Part shown: piece after piece, positions 1 to 9,604 of the stretch
Layout: every line of letters begins with the position of its first letter
How positions within the stretch are numbered: position 1 is the first letter of the stretch
NCBI GenBank assembly: GCA_050742535.1
Contig: JBOGIQ010000001.1
Location: 50-64,049, forward strand
Length of the DNA stretch: 64,000 nucleotides
Direction: 5' to 3'
Source of the DNA: Vicinamibacterales bacterium
Lineage (GTDB): Bacteria; Acidobacteriota; Vicinamibacteria; Vicinamibacterales; UBA2999
Program-made: the position numbers and the translations under genes
The notes under the pieces: model-generated
The model's input: only the letters and a program-made list of their open reading frames with translations
Databases searched by the model: none
What the model was told of the DNA's origin: nothing

Positions 1-304
1 CCAACATCGTCAGCTCCGGCGTGTCGAATGCGATTGCCGCCCCGCCAACGATGCGGGTCGCGAGCCGTGCCGTGAAGAGCGCCCAATTCGACAGATCGAA
101 ACGACTACCCCACTGCAATGGCCCTTCGCCCGCGAGTGCGTCGTAATCCTTTTCATAAGGCACTTCGAGGCGGCGCTCTGACAATACGAACCGACCATCG
201 TCACGATTCGTCACGTCCAGCACACGATCCACCGTGAAGACGATGGGAACGCGTGCGTACTCAGGGAGGGCAGTTCTTGCTTCCTCGGTGACCTCGATTG
301 TCAT
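1..304 (-). CDS. GNAT-family N-acetyltransferase, 5' part (gene continues past the left edge)
   Basis: Reverse-strand translation from the ATG at 302-304 reads MTIEVTEEARTALPEYARVPIVFTVDRVLDVTNRDDGRFVLSERRLEVPYEKDYDALAGEGPLQWGSRFDLSNWALFTARLATRIVGGAAIAFDTPELTML and stays open to the window edge. The pattern resembles a GNAT subfamily from memory. It is absent from the ORF track because there is no in-window stop. Confidence 0.55.
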   Translation of the reverse strand, partial: MTIEVTEEARTALPEYARVPIVFTVDRVLDVTNRDDGRFVLSERRLEVPYEKDYDALAGEGPLQWGSRFDLSNWALFTARLATRIVGGAAIAFDTPELTML

Positions 305-401
305 CGGCGAATCGTATCGCTATCGAAACATCGCCAGGCGCGGCAGCAGGTGTCCCGCGGAGGCGGGAGCGAGATACGGCTGTCGCGACTGGCTACGGGT
401 G

Positions 402-425
402 GTCCGCCTAAAGGCGGACACTACG
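402..425. repeat. REP-type hairpin, family A (GTCCGCC-N4-GGCGGAC plus ACTACG flank)
   Basis: GTCCGCC TAAA GGCGGAC ACTACG read directly. Confidence 0.85.
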
Positions 426-458
426 ACCGGCTGGTTCGCGAGGCGCGACGCTCGGTGG

Positions 459-545
459 TTATTCCATCACCACTGTGAAGACAATTCGGACGCGTGCGTA
501 CTCAGCGAGGGCTGTCATTGCTTCCTCGGTGAGCTCGATTGTCAT
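459..545 (-). pseudogene. 28-codon duplicate of the GNAT 5' end
   Basis: Reverse strand from the ATG at 543-545 gives MTIELTEEAMTALAEYARVRIVFTVVME, then a stop (TAA at 459-461). The first 24 residues parallel the GNAT N-terminus. The last residues VVME-stop equal the C-terminus of the VWA gene (FVVME-stop at 882-896), marking the duplication junction. Confidence 0.65.
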
Positions 546-783
546 CAGCGAATCGTATCGCTATCGAAATATAGCCAGGCGCGGCAACAGGTGTCTCGCG
601 GAGCCGGCCGACTCGACCGCCGGGGCCAGGTGCCACGAGTCGCATGCAGGGAAAGCTGCTCGCATCACGCCCACACGAGACCTCTGAAATGTCACTCGTG
701 CCGACCAAGCCAGTCGATCCTCGGCAGGCGTGCCGAGCGGCTGGCGGAGCGAGATACCTGCTGTCGCGACTGGCTACGGAGTG

Positions 784-845
784 GTCCGCCTACAGCGCGG
801 ACACCACGATCGTGGTTATGGGTCCGCCTAAAGGCGGACACTACG
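784..845. repeat. Two family A hairpins (degenerate copy 784-808, intact copy 822-845)
   Basis: GTCCGCC..GCGGAC ACCACG, then GTCCGCC TAAA GGCGGAC ACTACG. Confidence 0.8.
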
Positions 846-881
846 ACCGGCTGGTTCGCGAGGCGGACGCGACGATCGTGG

Positions 882-3053
882 TTATTCCATCACGACGAAT
901 GTGAGCCGCGGGAACGCGACGGTGCTCGCAATCGAGTCGATGATGTTGATCTGGCACGTGTAGGTGCCCGGCTTGAACTGCTCCGCGGGAACCTCGAACT
1001 GGAAGATGACGGCGCGGCGGTTGGGCTCGTCGATCGCCGTGCGGTCCACCACCGGCGTCTCGAACACCTTCACGCCGCCGCGGTAGAACGCGAGGCTCGT
1101 CCGCAGGTCGGGACGCTGCTCGGCGACCGCCGGGTCGTAGACCTCATAGTAGAAGTAGACCTTCTGGTTCCGCCCGACGGCGCGGGTGAGATTCGGCAGC
1201 AGCTGCACGCCGTCGCGCACCAGCGGATTCTCGGTGCGTCCGCCCGCCGCCTTCTGCACCTGCGTGCTCATCACCACCGAGCTGACCTTCATCGACGGCC
1301 CGGTCATCTGCGGCACGAAAATCGGTGCCTCGAACGACCCGATACTTCCGCCCGTGTTCTCGCGCACGACCACCTTCGCGATGAAGCGGCCCGGCGGAAG
1401 CGTCACTCCGGACTGATAGAAGACCTGCCGCCCGGCGAGCGTCTCGGCGCCGCCCGACGGCACTTTGATCGTTTCACGCAGACGGCCGATGACACGTCCC
1501 TGTTCGTCCCGCACCTCGCCCTTGACGTCCAGCTGGACCTCGGTGGCCTTGTCCGCCACCGGCACCGCAAATCCCGGGACCGCCAGCGCGATCGGCACAT
1601 AGAAGCGGTCGTTGCCGCCGCGTGGGTTGCCCCGCTCCGCGGGCCCGCCTTGCTGGCGGAAATACCCGGTGCCGACGACGAGCGGTACGTCAGTCGACGA
1701 CACAGCGGCCGAGAGTTGATCGTCGAGCAGCGCTTCGCGGTCGCGGTTGTTGGTGTTCGCGAAGCTGCGGCCGGCGTAATAGCCCGGACGTGATTCGACG
1801 CGAAGGCTCTTCAGATCCGGCCGGTTGACGCGGACCTGTATGCGCCGGAATCTCCCGTCGCGCGCCGGGTTGGTGCTCGTGTAGCCGAGGAGGTAGTAGG
1901 CAGCCAGATCGTTCTGCACGCGTGCGAACGCGTCGCCGAAGTTGTTCGAGTCGGTGAAGCTCCGCCCGCCGGTGTCGGCGGACAGCGTGGTGAGCGTCTC
2001 CTGCGTCTGGTTGAGCTGCTGAAAGCCTCGCATGCCGCCGCCGGTCAGGAGCGCGCCTCCGTTGCCGCGGTTCGCCGCCGAACCGCCGGCGGCGACAGCC
2101 TGCAGCCCGCGCGTATCGACCGCGTAGATCGACACGTTGCCGCGGTTGCAGGTGCTGGTCGCAGAACGGAGCTCGATCTGGTTGTCGTCCCCGCTTCGCC
2201 GCATGCCGGCGCTGAAGTAGAGGAGTGCCTTCTTCTGCTGAATCGGCGTCAGCTCCTGGCACACGGTCTTCAACGCCCTGAGGCGTACGTCGTTGTTGAA
2301 TTCCTGGAAGGCGTCCGCCTCGGTCGTGGCCGACGACGCTTCCGCCGACGCCGCCGCTTCCGCTTCGGTCGCCGCCGTGGCAACGGCCTGCGGATCGACC
2401 TCGGTGCCCTCGTTGTAGGCGAGCGCCTGCAGCGCGCCAAGCGCGTCTTCCTTGCTCGACGTGAAGTCGGTCAGGACGTTGAGCCGGGAACCAATCGTGA
2501 TGATGGCAACGAGGTCCGCACCGGTCATCTTGGTGCCGACCCAGTCGCGGGCGTCGACCACGGCGCGCTGCACGTCCTCGGGCTGCATCGAGCTGACGTC
2601 GAACACCATCGTGAGCATCCGCCGGTTGTTCAGGCTGGTCGTATCAGTAGCGGGCGCCGGCGCGGCGGTGGACGTGGCGCTGGCGGCACGTGCGGCCTCG
2701 GCACGCACCTTGTCCTCCAAGCCGTCGAGGAGCTGAATATCGGGCGCGCCCGCCGGAGCCGCTTCGCTGATCTCCTGGAAGGAGAAGGTCGAGATCGTCT
2801 GCGGCTTGCCGTCCTCCGAGACGACGAAGTCCTTCGCCGTCAGCCCGCGCACCACGTTTCCCGCCGCGTCGCGAACCACGACGTCCACCGACACGATGGT
2901 GACGCCGGCGGAGCTTTCGAACCGCGGTGCGTCGGGCGGCTGCTGTTGCTGCTGCTGCGCGGACGGACTGATCGTCCCGGCCGCCAGCGCGAGGATCAAC
3001 ACCATCACGGTCCACGGTCGGCGGCGATGGCGCGTCTCGAGCACGTTGGACAT
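882..3053 (-). CDS. VWA domain-containing protein (acidobacterial TIGR03436-like)
   Basis: 723-aa ORF with a signal-like N-terminus and a poly-Q stretch. FESSAGVTIVSVDVVVRDAAGNVVRGLTAKDFVVSEDGKPQTISTF is the typical N-terminal module of this family, followed by a VWA-like core. Confidence 0.8.
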   Translation of the reverse strand: MSNVLETRHRRRPWTVMVLILALAAGTISPSAQQQQQQPPDAPRFESSAGVTIVSVDVVVRDAAGNVVRGLTAKDFVVSEDGKPQTISTFSFQEISEAAPAGAPDIQLLDGLEDKVRAEAARAASATSTAAPAPATDTTSLNNRRMLTMVFDVSSMQPEDVQRAVVDARDWVGTKMTGADLVAIITIGSRLNVLTDFTSSKEDALGALQALAYNEGTEVDPQAVATAATEAEAAASAEASSATTEADAFQEFNNDVRLRALKTVCQELTPIQQKKALLYFSAGMRRSGDDNQIELRSATSTCNRGNVSIYAVDTRGLQAVAAGGSAANRGNGGALLTGGGMRGFQQLNQTQETLTTLSADTGGRSFTDSNNFGDAFARVQNDLAAYYLLGYTSTNPARDGRFRRIQVRVNRPDLKSLRVESRPGYYAGRSFANTNNRDREALLDDQLSAAVSSTDVPLVVGTGYFRQQGGPAERGNPRGGNDRFYVPIALAVPGFAVPVADKATEVQLDVKGEVRDEQGRVIGRLRETIKVPSGGAETLAGRQVFYQSGVTLPPGRFIAKVVVRENTGGSIGSFEAPIFVPQMTGPSMKVSSVVMSTQVQKAAGGRTENPLVRDGVQLLPNLTRAVGRNQKVYFYYEVYDPAVAEQRPDLRTSLAFYRGGVKVFETPVVDRTAIDEPNRRAVIFQFEVPAEQFKPGTYTCQINIIDSIASTVAFPRLTFVVME

Positions 3054-3057
3054 ATCC

Positions 3058-6000
3058 CTAGAACCGGAACTGCAGGTTCAGCGTGGCACGGCGTTGACCG
3101 GTGACGCTGCGAATCTGCCCGAAGGTCAGCGAGTTGACGTTCGTGTCCACGCCGGAATAGTTGGCGAGGTTCAGGATGTTGCTGACCCGCATATTGACGT
3201 TCACACTGCGGTTCGCACCCAGTTGGACCTGCCGGTTGAAGGTCATGCTCAGGTCCTTCGAGCCTGGGCCGATGATGATGTTGCGCGGTGACGAGCCGAA
3301 CTCGCCGGTAACAGGCACCGCAAACGCGGCGGTGTTGAACCACTGATCGATCGACGGGTCGCCAATCGAGATCGGGTCGCCGTTGTAATCCGCGCGAAGG
3401 GCTCCGTTGATGCCGCTGGCGATATCGCGCGCCGCGCCGCTCACCGTCACCGTCTGCGGCCGGCCCGAATTAGCGGTGAAGTTCGCGCTCACCCGCCAGC
3501 CGCCGGCAATCCCGCCGAACAGTCCACCGTTACGCAGCCACCGCTCGTTCGGCCCGAACGGGAAGCGATAGTTCGCGCTCGCCTGAACGCGATGCCGCTG
3601 TTCGAAGCTGGACCTCGCCCATTCGGCGTCGATGTTCCGATCGTCCTGCGCGACGTTGCCGGTGCCCCCTCCGCCGCCGCCACCACCGATGGAGGGGGAG
3701 TTGTCGCGTGACTTGGCGAACGTGTATTGGACGTCGTAGCCAAATCCGCGCGACTCGTTCTTCCGGAGCTGCAAGGTGGCTGAATCGAGCACCGACCGGC
3801 CCTCGGACGTCGTCCAGGTGAACGGCTGGACGCCTTCGATGCGCAGCCCGTCGGCGTCGCGGTTCGGCGCGCGCACGATCTCGAGATTCGAGCCGATCGT
3901 GTGCCCATACTGCGCCGAGAGCTGGTAGGTACGGAACAGCGTGCGCTGCACGCCGAACACCGCCTGCCGGACGGTGCCGACGACGTAGTCCCGGTCGATG
4001 CCGTAGTTGTTGCGGGTCTCGGTGATGGCGATGCCCGTGAGGGCGTCTTCCAGCAACAGCGCCCGGCTCAACCCGCCGATATTCGTGCCGGTCGTGGCGA
4101 ACGGGGGCTGCTGCGCGAGGCGGCGCGCGATCCCCGAGTAGGTGCTGTCGTTGTATTGAATCTCCCAGCTGCCGCGGAACTGCAGCTGCGCCGGACCTCG
4201 CCATGCGGCGGACAACCGTGGCGAGACGTTGTTGGTGTCCTTGTCGATCAGCGCCCGCGGGAACGACCCGGTGAACGCGCCGTCCGCGCCGGAGAGAACC
4301 GGCGCCGCGTCCGAGAAATCCGACGTGACGTCGAGGTTGACGAGCCGGCCGTTCTCCTCGACGAAGGGATATCGGAGATCCCAGCGCATGCCCAGGTTGA
4401 GCGTCAGGTTGCCGCGGAGCCGCCACTCATCCTGAAAGAAGAAGCCGAGGTCCCGTCCGGTCAACGTCGTCTCGCCGGGGCCGTAGGCGATCGACGCCTG
4501 CTGCGGCATCCCGAGAAGGAAATCGGCGAAGTCGAACCCGGTCAATCCGCCGAGGGCGCCGCCATTGGCCGTATAGATCCCGGTGAACACGAACGAGCCG
4601 TTGGCATTGCTCTCGTTGTTGGTCGTCGTCTTGTCGTAATTGAACACGCCGCCCGTCTGAATCTGGTGCCTGCCGAACGGGCGGCTCCAGGTCACATTGG
4701 TGCCGACGCGATCGCCGACCGAACGTGACGGGTTCACGTCGCTCAGTCCGGTAATACTCGAAAAGCTCAGTCGCGGCAGCCCCCAGGCAAATGGGCTGTC
4801 CGAGACTCCCTCGATTCCAATCGCATCGGACACGTTCGTGACGCCGCTGAACTGGTTGATCGAGCCGGACGACGAGTGGTTGTAGTTGGACGACAGGCGG
4901 AACTGATTGCGGCCCCGCTGGATGTTGAGCTGCGGCGAGATGCTGTAGTTGCGCGTTTCGCGGGCGCCTCCCAGCGTGGTGAACACGTTCAGCTGGTCGT
5001 TGTCCGACTGCTGATACTGGAAGTTCACATTCATGTTGACGTTGGTGCGCGTCGCGGCCGCGCCGCGGCCCTGCCCGCCGCGGCCGCCGTTGGCCTGTGG
5101 TCCACCGCCTCTCCCGCCCCGCCCGCCCTGCTGGCCGCTGAAGTTGTGCTGCAACCGCAGCTGCAGCTGGTTCTGGCGGGAGTAGTTCGTCGTCGCGCGG
5201 TGATAGTTGCGCGTCGTGCCGGGCAGCGTCGCCGTTGGGTAGTACTGCAGCAGCGCCAGCGCCTCCGGGCTGAGGCGGTCCAATGGAATCTGATTGCCCG
5301 CGAACGGCTGCCCGGTCAGCGGATCGATGAGCGGCGTGCTGACCGAGGAGAAGTCGCCGGCGCGCATGGCGTCGGTCGGCACCGTCGCGTACTGATCGAA
5401 CGGGTTGGTTCCCCTGTTCCCTGAAAAGGTGAACTGCACCATCGTCCGGTTGTTCGGGTTGCTGTAGATGCCGGGGATCTTGATCGGAATCTGCGACGAG
5501 ACGTTGTAGTTGTGGTTCGCGTTCTTCGGTTCGACGCCCTGGACTTCCGCGCGCAGCTGCCGCGGCGCGCTGTTCAGCGCGGAGCCGCTGAAGCCGTAGG
5601 TCGACGTCACCTGAATCCGCTGGCCGCCGCGGAAGTTCGGGTTGTTGCCGCCCCCTCGTCCCTGGGCGTTGGGATTGCCTTCGCGTCCGCCGCGCCCCTG
5701 GAAGTTCGGATTGCCACCTTCGCGTCCCCCGCGCCCCTGAAAGGCGCCTTCCAGTCCGGCGAAGCCGCCCGGGAAGTTGCGGGGATCGAAATCGGGCGGC
5801 AGGAAGTCGCCGCGGTTGATCGCATCACGGCGATCGTTGAGCACGCCGCGGTCGATGCGTGCCGCTTCGCCGGTGACGGCGAACGCGTCGGCCAATGCTT
5901 CGGTGCCGAAACCGGCCGCCAACACGTTCGAAGGATCGTTTCCGGATTCGAACAGGCTGGGGTCGAGCGAACGCGTGGCGGCGTTCTCGGTGACCTCGAG

Positions 6001-6468
6001 TGATTCGAAGCGGCGCTGCGCGGCCGCCTCCGCGGTTCCGTTTGCCGCAGGGGGACCACCGGCGCGTCCGTTCGGCGCGCCGGCACCCCGTCCGTTGCGC
6101 GGCGCGGCACTCGCCGTCCTCGGCGTCAACGTCATCGTGAAGTCAACGGTTTGCGCGCACGTCTCCTTGGCGACAACGACGTCTTTCCGGGTGCTGTCGA
6201 ATCCGGTGAGCTCGGCGGTGAGTTGATAGGACGCGTCCGGAAGGGAGAGTCTGAATCGTCCGTCGACGTCCGTGGACCCTGCCGTCTGCACGGCGTCGTC
6301 CCGCCGCACGGTGATCGAGACGCCAGGCAATGGGCCGCCGAGGCCCGTGATGGTCCCGCTAATCGTGCACGAAGCCGCCGCTGGCGGCGCCTGCTGGGCG
6401 CCCAGTGCGACGCTCGCCACCACTACGGCGACTGCTGCCGCGTTGACCGCGGTTGACCTGCTCGCCAT
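3058..6468 (-). CDS. TonB-dependent-receptor-like outer-membrane protein with N-terminal carboxypeptidase-regulatory-like domain
   Basis: 1136-aa ORF with a signal peptide. ISGTITGLGGPLPGVSITVRRDD...TDVDGRFRLSLPDASYQLTAELTGF is CarboxypepD_reg-like. A long beta-barrel-like region follows, ending in ...TLNLQFRF. AGGAGA lies just upstream of the ATG. Confidence 0.8.
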   Translation of the reverse strand: MASRSTAVNAAAVAVVVASVALGAQQAPPAAASCTISGTITGLGGPLPGVSITVRRDDAVQTAGSTDVDGRFRLSLPDASYQLTAELTGFDSTRKDVVVAKETCAQTVDFTMTLTPRTASAAPRNGRGAGAPNGRAGGPPAANGTAEAAAQRRFESLEVTENAATRSLDPSLFESGNDPSNVLAAGFGTEALADAFAVTGEAARIDRGVLNDRRDAINRGDFLPPDFDPRNFPGGFAGLEGAFQGRGGREGGNPNFQGRGGREGNPNAQGRGGGNNPNFRGGQRIQVTSTYGFSGSALNSAPRQLRAEVQGVEPKNANHNYNVSSQIPIKIPGIYSNPNNRTMVQFTFSGNRGTNPFDQYATVPTDAMRAGDFSSVSTPLIDPLTGQPFAGNQIPLDRLSPEALALLQYYPTATLPGTTRNYHRATTNYSRQNQLQLRLQHNFSGQQGGRGGRGGGPQANGGRGGQGRGAAATRTNVNMNVNFQYQQSDNDQLNVFTTLGGARETRNYSISPQLNIQRGRNQFRLSSNYNHSSSGSINQFSGVTNVSDAIGIEGVSDSPFAWGLPRLSFSSITGLSDVNPSRSVGDRVGTNVTWSRPFGRHQIQTGGVFNYDKTTTNNESNANGSFVFTGIYTANGGALGGLTGFDFADFLLGMPQQASIAYGPGETTLTGRDLGFFFQDEWRLRGNLTLNLGMRWDLRYPFVEENGRLVNLDVTSDFSDAAPVLSGADGAFTGSFPRALIDKDTNNVSPRLSAAWRGPAQLQFRGSWEIQYNDSTYSGIARRLAQQPPFATTGTNIGGLSRALLLEDALTGIAITETRNNYGIDRDYVVGTVRQAVFGVQRTLFRTYQLSAQYGHTIGSNLEIVRAPNRDADGLRIEGVQPFTWTTSEGRSVLDSATLQLRKNESRGFGYDVQYTFAKSRDNSPSIGGGGGGGGTGNVAQDDRNIDAEWARSSFEQRHRVQASANYRFPFGPNERWLRNGGLFGGIAGGWRVSANFTANSGRPQTVTVSGAARDIASGINGALRADYNGDPISIGDPSIDQWFNTAAFAVPVTGEFGSSPRNIIIGPGSKDLSMTFNRQVQLGANRSVNVNMRVSNILNLANYSGVDTNVNSLTFGQIRSVTGQRRATLNLQFRF

Positions 6469-6696
6469 GTCTCTCCTGCCGTGACGGATAGCTCATGGCA
6501 GCGTACGTGTCCCGGCCCCTCGTGCCAATGACAAAACGATGTCAGAGGGCCCTTTCGGGGTTTTTTTACCCTTTCTTTACATTTGAGTCGGTGTGAGACG
6601 CCCCAACCATGAGTCGCCAGGAAGAACACGAAGTTTTGGCCACACAGAACACAAAGATCACAATAAACGTGTCCTTCGTGGCTAGAGTTGACGGGA

Positions 6697-7656
6697 ATGA
6701 TTGATCTTGGAATGAACGAACGCGCGTGGGAGCTCGTCGATGCGGCGGCGGCACGCGCGCGCGAGCTGCGGATTGACGTGCAGACGATGCATTGCGGTGC
6801 TCGTGTGCTGGATGCCGGTGTGCACGCCGTGGGCGGACTGGCGGCCGGCCGCCTGCTCGCTGAGATCTGCATGGGCGGGTTCGGTCACATCGACTTCATC
6901 CCGCTCACCATCGGCGACGAGCCGCTGCCGGGGGTTCAGGTCTGGACGGATCATCCGGCCGAAGCGTGCATGGCGTCCCAGTACGCAGGCTGGGCCATCG
7001 ACCCGGAGGGATTCTTTGCGATGGGCTCCGGACCGCTGCGGGCGAAGGCGCGGGTGGAGAAGGAGCTCTTTGGGAAGCTCGGGTATGGGGAGGACGCGGG
7101 GCGCGGCGTGCTGGTGCTCGAGGGGCGCACGCTTCCGGGCAACGAGGTGGCAGCGTGGGTTGCGGAAAAGAGCGGCCTGACGCCGGCGGAAATCACGTTC
7201 GTGGTGGCTCCGACCGCAAGCCTCGCCGGGGGCGTGCAGATTGCGGCGCGGATCATCGAAACCGGGCTCCACAAGATGGACGCGCTGAAGTTCGACGTGA
7301 CCCGCGTGCTGAGCGCGACCGGCACTGCCCCCGTCCCGCCAGTCGCGAAGAACGACCTGCGCGCGATCGGCCGCACCAACGACTGCATTCTGTATGGAGG
7401 CCGCGCGCGCTACATCGTCCGCGCGCCAGACGAGACGCTGGCGGATCTGGCCGAGCGCCTGCCGTCGTCCGCGTCGAAGGACTACGGCACGCCGTTCCAC
7501 CAGATCTTCAAACGCTACGACAACGACTTTTATAAGATCGATCCGATGTTGTTCAGCCCGGCCGAAGTCTGGCTTACGAGCGCGATCACAGGCCGGACGT
7601 TTCATGCCGGCCGCCTCAATCCCGACGTGCTCGGCGCGTCGCTCTACGGCAACTGA
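6697..7656 (+). CDS. mch: Methenyltetrahydromethanopterin cyclohydrolase
   Basis: The translation (…VLDAGVHAVGGLAAGRLLAEICMGGFG…VWTDHPAEACMASQYAGWAI…FFAMGSGPLRAKA…YGGRARYIV…FYKIDPMLFSPAEVWL) matches Mch over its full length from memory. The start is ambiguous (TTG 6688, ATG 6697 or ATG 6712). Confidence 0.85.
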   Translation: MIDLGMNERAWELVDAAAARARELRIDVQTMHCGARVLDAGVHAVGGLAAGRLLAEICMGGFGHIDFIPLTIGDEPLPGVQVWTDHPAEACMASQYAGWAIDPEGFFAMGSGPLRAKARVEKELFGKLGYGEDAGRGVLVLEGRTLPGNEVAAWVAEKSGLTPAEITFVVAPTASLAGGVQIAARIIETGLHKMDALKFDVTRVLSATGTAPVPPVAKNDLRAIGRTNDCILYGGRARYIVRAPDETLADLAERLPSSASKDYGTPFHQIFKRYDNDFYKIDPMLFSPAEVWLTSAITGRTFHAGRLNPDVLGASLYGN

Positions 7657-8624
7657 TGCGCGTCCTGATCCTGAGCGCGCGGAGCGGATGGCACACCGAC
7701 GAGTTGTGCCGCGCCCTCACCGCGCGCGGGCATCAACCACGCATTGCTCCCTACGAATCGCTGGTGGCGGAATTCGGGGAACGTTCGAGTCGTTCGGATC
7801 GTTCGAGTCGTTCGATGACGTTCGGCCGTTCGAACGCGCACGATTCGAACGATTCGAACGTTCTCGCGTTTGACGCCGTACTCCCCCGCATCATCCCGAA
7901 CGGCTCGCTCGAGCAGATCATCTACCGTGTGGACGCGCTGCACTGGATCGAGGACCAGGGCATTCCCGTCGTGAACTCCGCGCGGGCGATCGAGCGTTCG
8001 GTGGACAAGTTCTACACGACGGCGCTCCTGCAGCAGGCGAGCCTGCCGGTGCCCGAAACGGTGGTCTGCGAGCGGGCGGATGACGCCATGGCGGCCATCC
8101 GGCGCATGCTCGACGGCGGCAGCGAGGTGATCATCAAGCCGATCTTCGGTTCGATGGGCCATGGGCTGGTCCGCGTCGCCGATGTCGAACTGGCATGGCG
8201 CGTGGTCCGTCCGCTCGAGCAGATGCGATCGGTGTTTTATGTGCAGCGCGCCATCGACCATGACGGCCGCGACGTCCGTCTCTTCGTCGTCGGCGGGCGT
8301 GTAGTGGGTGCGATCGAACGGACCGCTCCGGCCGGCGACTGGCGCACGAACGTCGCGCGCGGCGGCTCGGCGCGTGCGATCGATCCGCCGCCGGCCTGGC
8401 AGGAGCACGCGCTCATGGCGACAGCGGCAGTCGGCGCCGACTACGCCGGCGTGGACCTGTTGCTCTCGCCGAGCGGCGAGATCTTCGTGCTGGAAGTCAA
8501 CGGGATTCCCGGCTGGCAGGGACTTCAGGCCGCGACCGGTGTGGATGTTGCCGCGGCGATCGTGGAGCATGTGGAAACGCGCGCCGCCGGCATCCGCCGG
8601 TTCCGCGAACAGGTGAACGCGTGA
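7656..8624 (+). CDS. RimK-type ATP-grasp ligase (MptN/MfnD-like glutamate ligase of the H4MPT/methanofuran pathways)
   Basis: The ATG overlaps the mch stop (TGATG). It carries ATP-grasp motifs (IPVVNSARAIERSVDKFYT, VIIKPIFGSMGHGLVRV, FVLEVNGIPGW). It contains an in-frame repeat insertion at 7780-7864. Confidence 0.8.
   Translation: MRVLILSARSGWHTDELCRALTARGHQPRIAPYESLVAEFGERSSRSDRSSRSMTFGRSNAHDSNDSNVLAFDAVLPRIIPNGSLEQIIYRVDALHWIEDQGIPVVNSARAIERSVDKFYTTALLQQASLPVPETVVCERADDAMAAIRRMLDGGSEVIIKPIFGSMGHGLVRVADVELAWRVVRPLEQMRSVFYVQRAIDHDGRDVRLFVVGGRVVGAIERTAPAGDWRTNVARGGSARAIDPPPAWQEHALMATAAVGADYAGVDLLLSPSGEIFVLEVNGIPGWQGLQAATGVDVAAAIVEHVETRAAGIRRFREQVNA
7780..7864. repeat. Hexamer tandem-repeat hairpin (CGTTCGA/G units and their complement) inside the ATP-grasp CDS
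   Basis: GAACGTTCGAGTCGTTCGGATCGTTCGAGTCGTTCGATGACGTTCGGCCGTTCGAACGCGCACGATTCGAACGATTCGAACGTTC. The outer ~24 nt of each side are complementary, allowing G-U pairs. It is translated as ERSSRSDRSSRSMTFGRSNAHDSNDSN. Confidence 0.8.
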
Positions 8625-9604
8625 CGGCCGTGGCGGGCGAGCCGCAGCACCACATCGGCGTCGCACACGCATCGTGGATCATTGCCGGCCGTGCGCATCT
8701 CGCGTGCGTGCTCGAGGTCACTGCGCCGAAGCCGGGAAACGTGTCGCCCGGCCGGCCGTTCGCAGACATGCGCTACGAGGATTTTCTCCTCAGCGCCGAG
8801 GCGATTGCGCGGCCGCTCGAAGGCGCCGGCCGGCGGCCGCTCGGTGAAACCATCCTGCGGGCGGTGGAGGCAACGGCGTCCCGGACTCGCGCCAACACCA
8901 ACCTTGGCATTGTCCTGCTGCTGGCGCCGTTGGCGCGAGCCGCCATCCTGCTGCTCGATTCGCCGCCGCCGCCGGAGCGCGACCGCCGGCTGCGCAATCT
9001 GCGCACGGCAGTGGCGGGAGTGCTCGCGGACACGACGATCGACGATGCGAGGAATGCATACCGCGCGATCCGTCTCGCCAATCCGGGTGGACTCGGCACC
9101 GCCGAGGAACAGGACGTGACGGCCGAGCCGACGGTCACGCTGCTCGAGGCGATGCGGCTGGCCGCCGACCGCGACGGCATCGCGCGTGAATACGCGTCGT
9201 CGTACCAGACAACGTTTGAACGAGGTGTGCCTGCGCTGCTGCAGGCCCGTGCGGACGGGTTGGCGATGAGCGACGCGATTGTCGATTCGTACCTGACCCT
9301 TCTGGCGGGTACGCCGGACACGCACGTCGCGCGCCGGGGCGGCGACACGCTTGCCCGCCGCGTGTCGCAGCTTGCGGCCGATGCGCTGGCGGCCGGCGGA
9401 GTCCGCTCCGACGAGGGCCGGCTGCGCATCGCGGCAATGGATGCCTCGCTGCGCGATCCGCGCAACCTGGCGAATCCTGGAACCGCAGCTGACCTGACGG
9501 CCGCGGCAATTTTTGCCGCGCTCATCGTCGGTGGCTGGACCATCGGGCCGATCGACAGCGCGCGTGCTGCGGCACCGTACGAGCAAGGTTCGGAGGCATC
9601 ATGA
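8621..9604 (+). CDS. Triphosphoribosyl-dephospho-CoA synthase family protein (CitG-like, H4MPT-cluster type)
   Basis: The GTG overlaps the upstream stop (GTGA). EVTAPKPGNVSPGRPFADMRYEDFLLSAEAI and TNLGIVLLLAPLA are CitG/MdcB-like motifs. Confidence 0.75.
   Translation: MTAVAGEPQHHIGVAHASWIIAGRAHLACVLEVTAPKPGNVSPGRPFADMRYEDFLLSAEAIARPLEGAGRRPLGETILRAVEATASRTRANTNLGIVLLLAPLARAAILLLDSPPPPERDRRLRNLRTAVAGVLADTTIDDARNAYRAIRLANPGGLGTAEEQDVTAEPTVTLLEAMRLAADRDGIAREYASSYQTTFERGVPALLQARADGLAMSDAIVDSYLTLLAGTPDTHVARRGGDTLARRVSQLAADALAAGGVRSDEGRLRIAAMDASLRDPRNLANPGTAADLTAAAIFAALIVGGWTIGPIDSARAAAPYEQGSEAS

Larger units (their letters stand above)
229..892. repeat. Tandem segmental duplication (unit 1 = 229-469, unit 2 = 470-892)
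   Basis: Unit 2 repeats the GNAT 5' end, its upstream region and the hairpin repeat of unit 1 with high identity by eye. It carries about 139 extra bp (about 604-742) and one extra degenerate hairpin copy. Both units end in GTGGTTATTCCATCAC (454-469 and 877-892). Confidence 0.75.

Noticed and set aside
234-1793. 519-aa plus-strand ORF overlapping the duplicated region and the VWA gene
   Set aside because: It is Arg/Ala-rich low-complexity translation antisense to a well-supported gene. This is typical of spurious long ORFs in high-G+C DNA.
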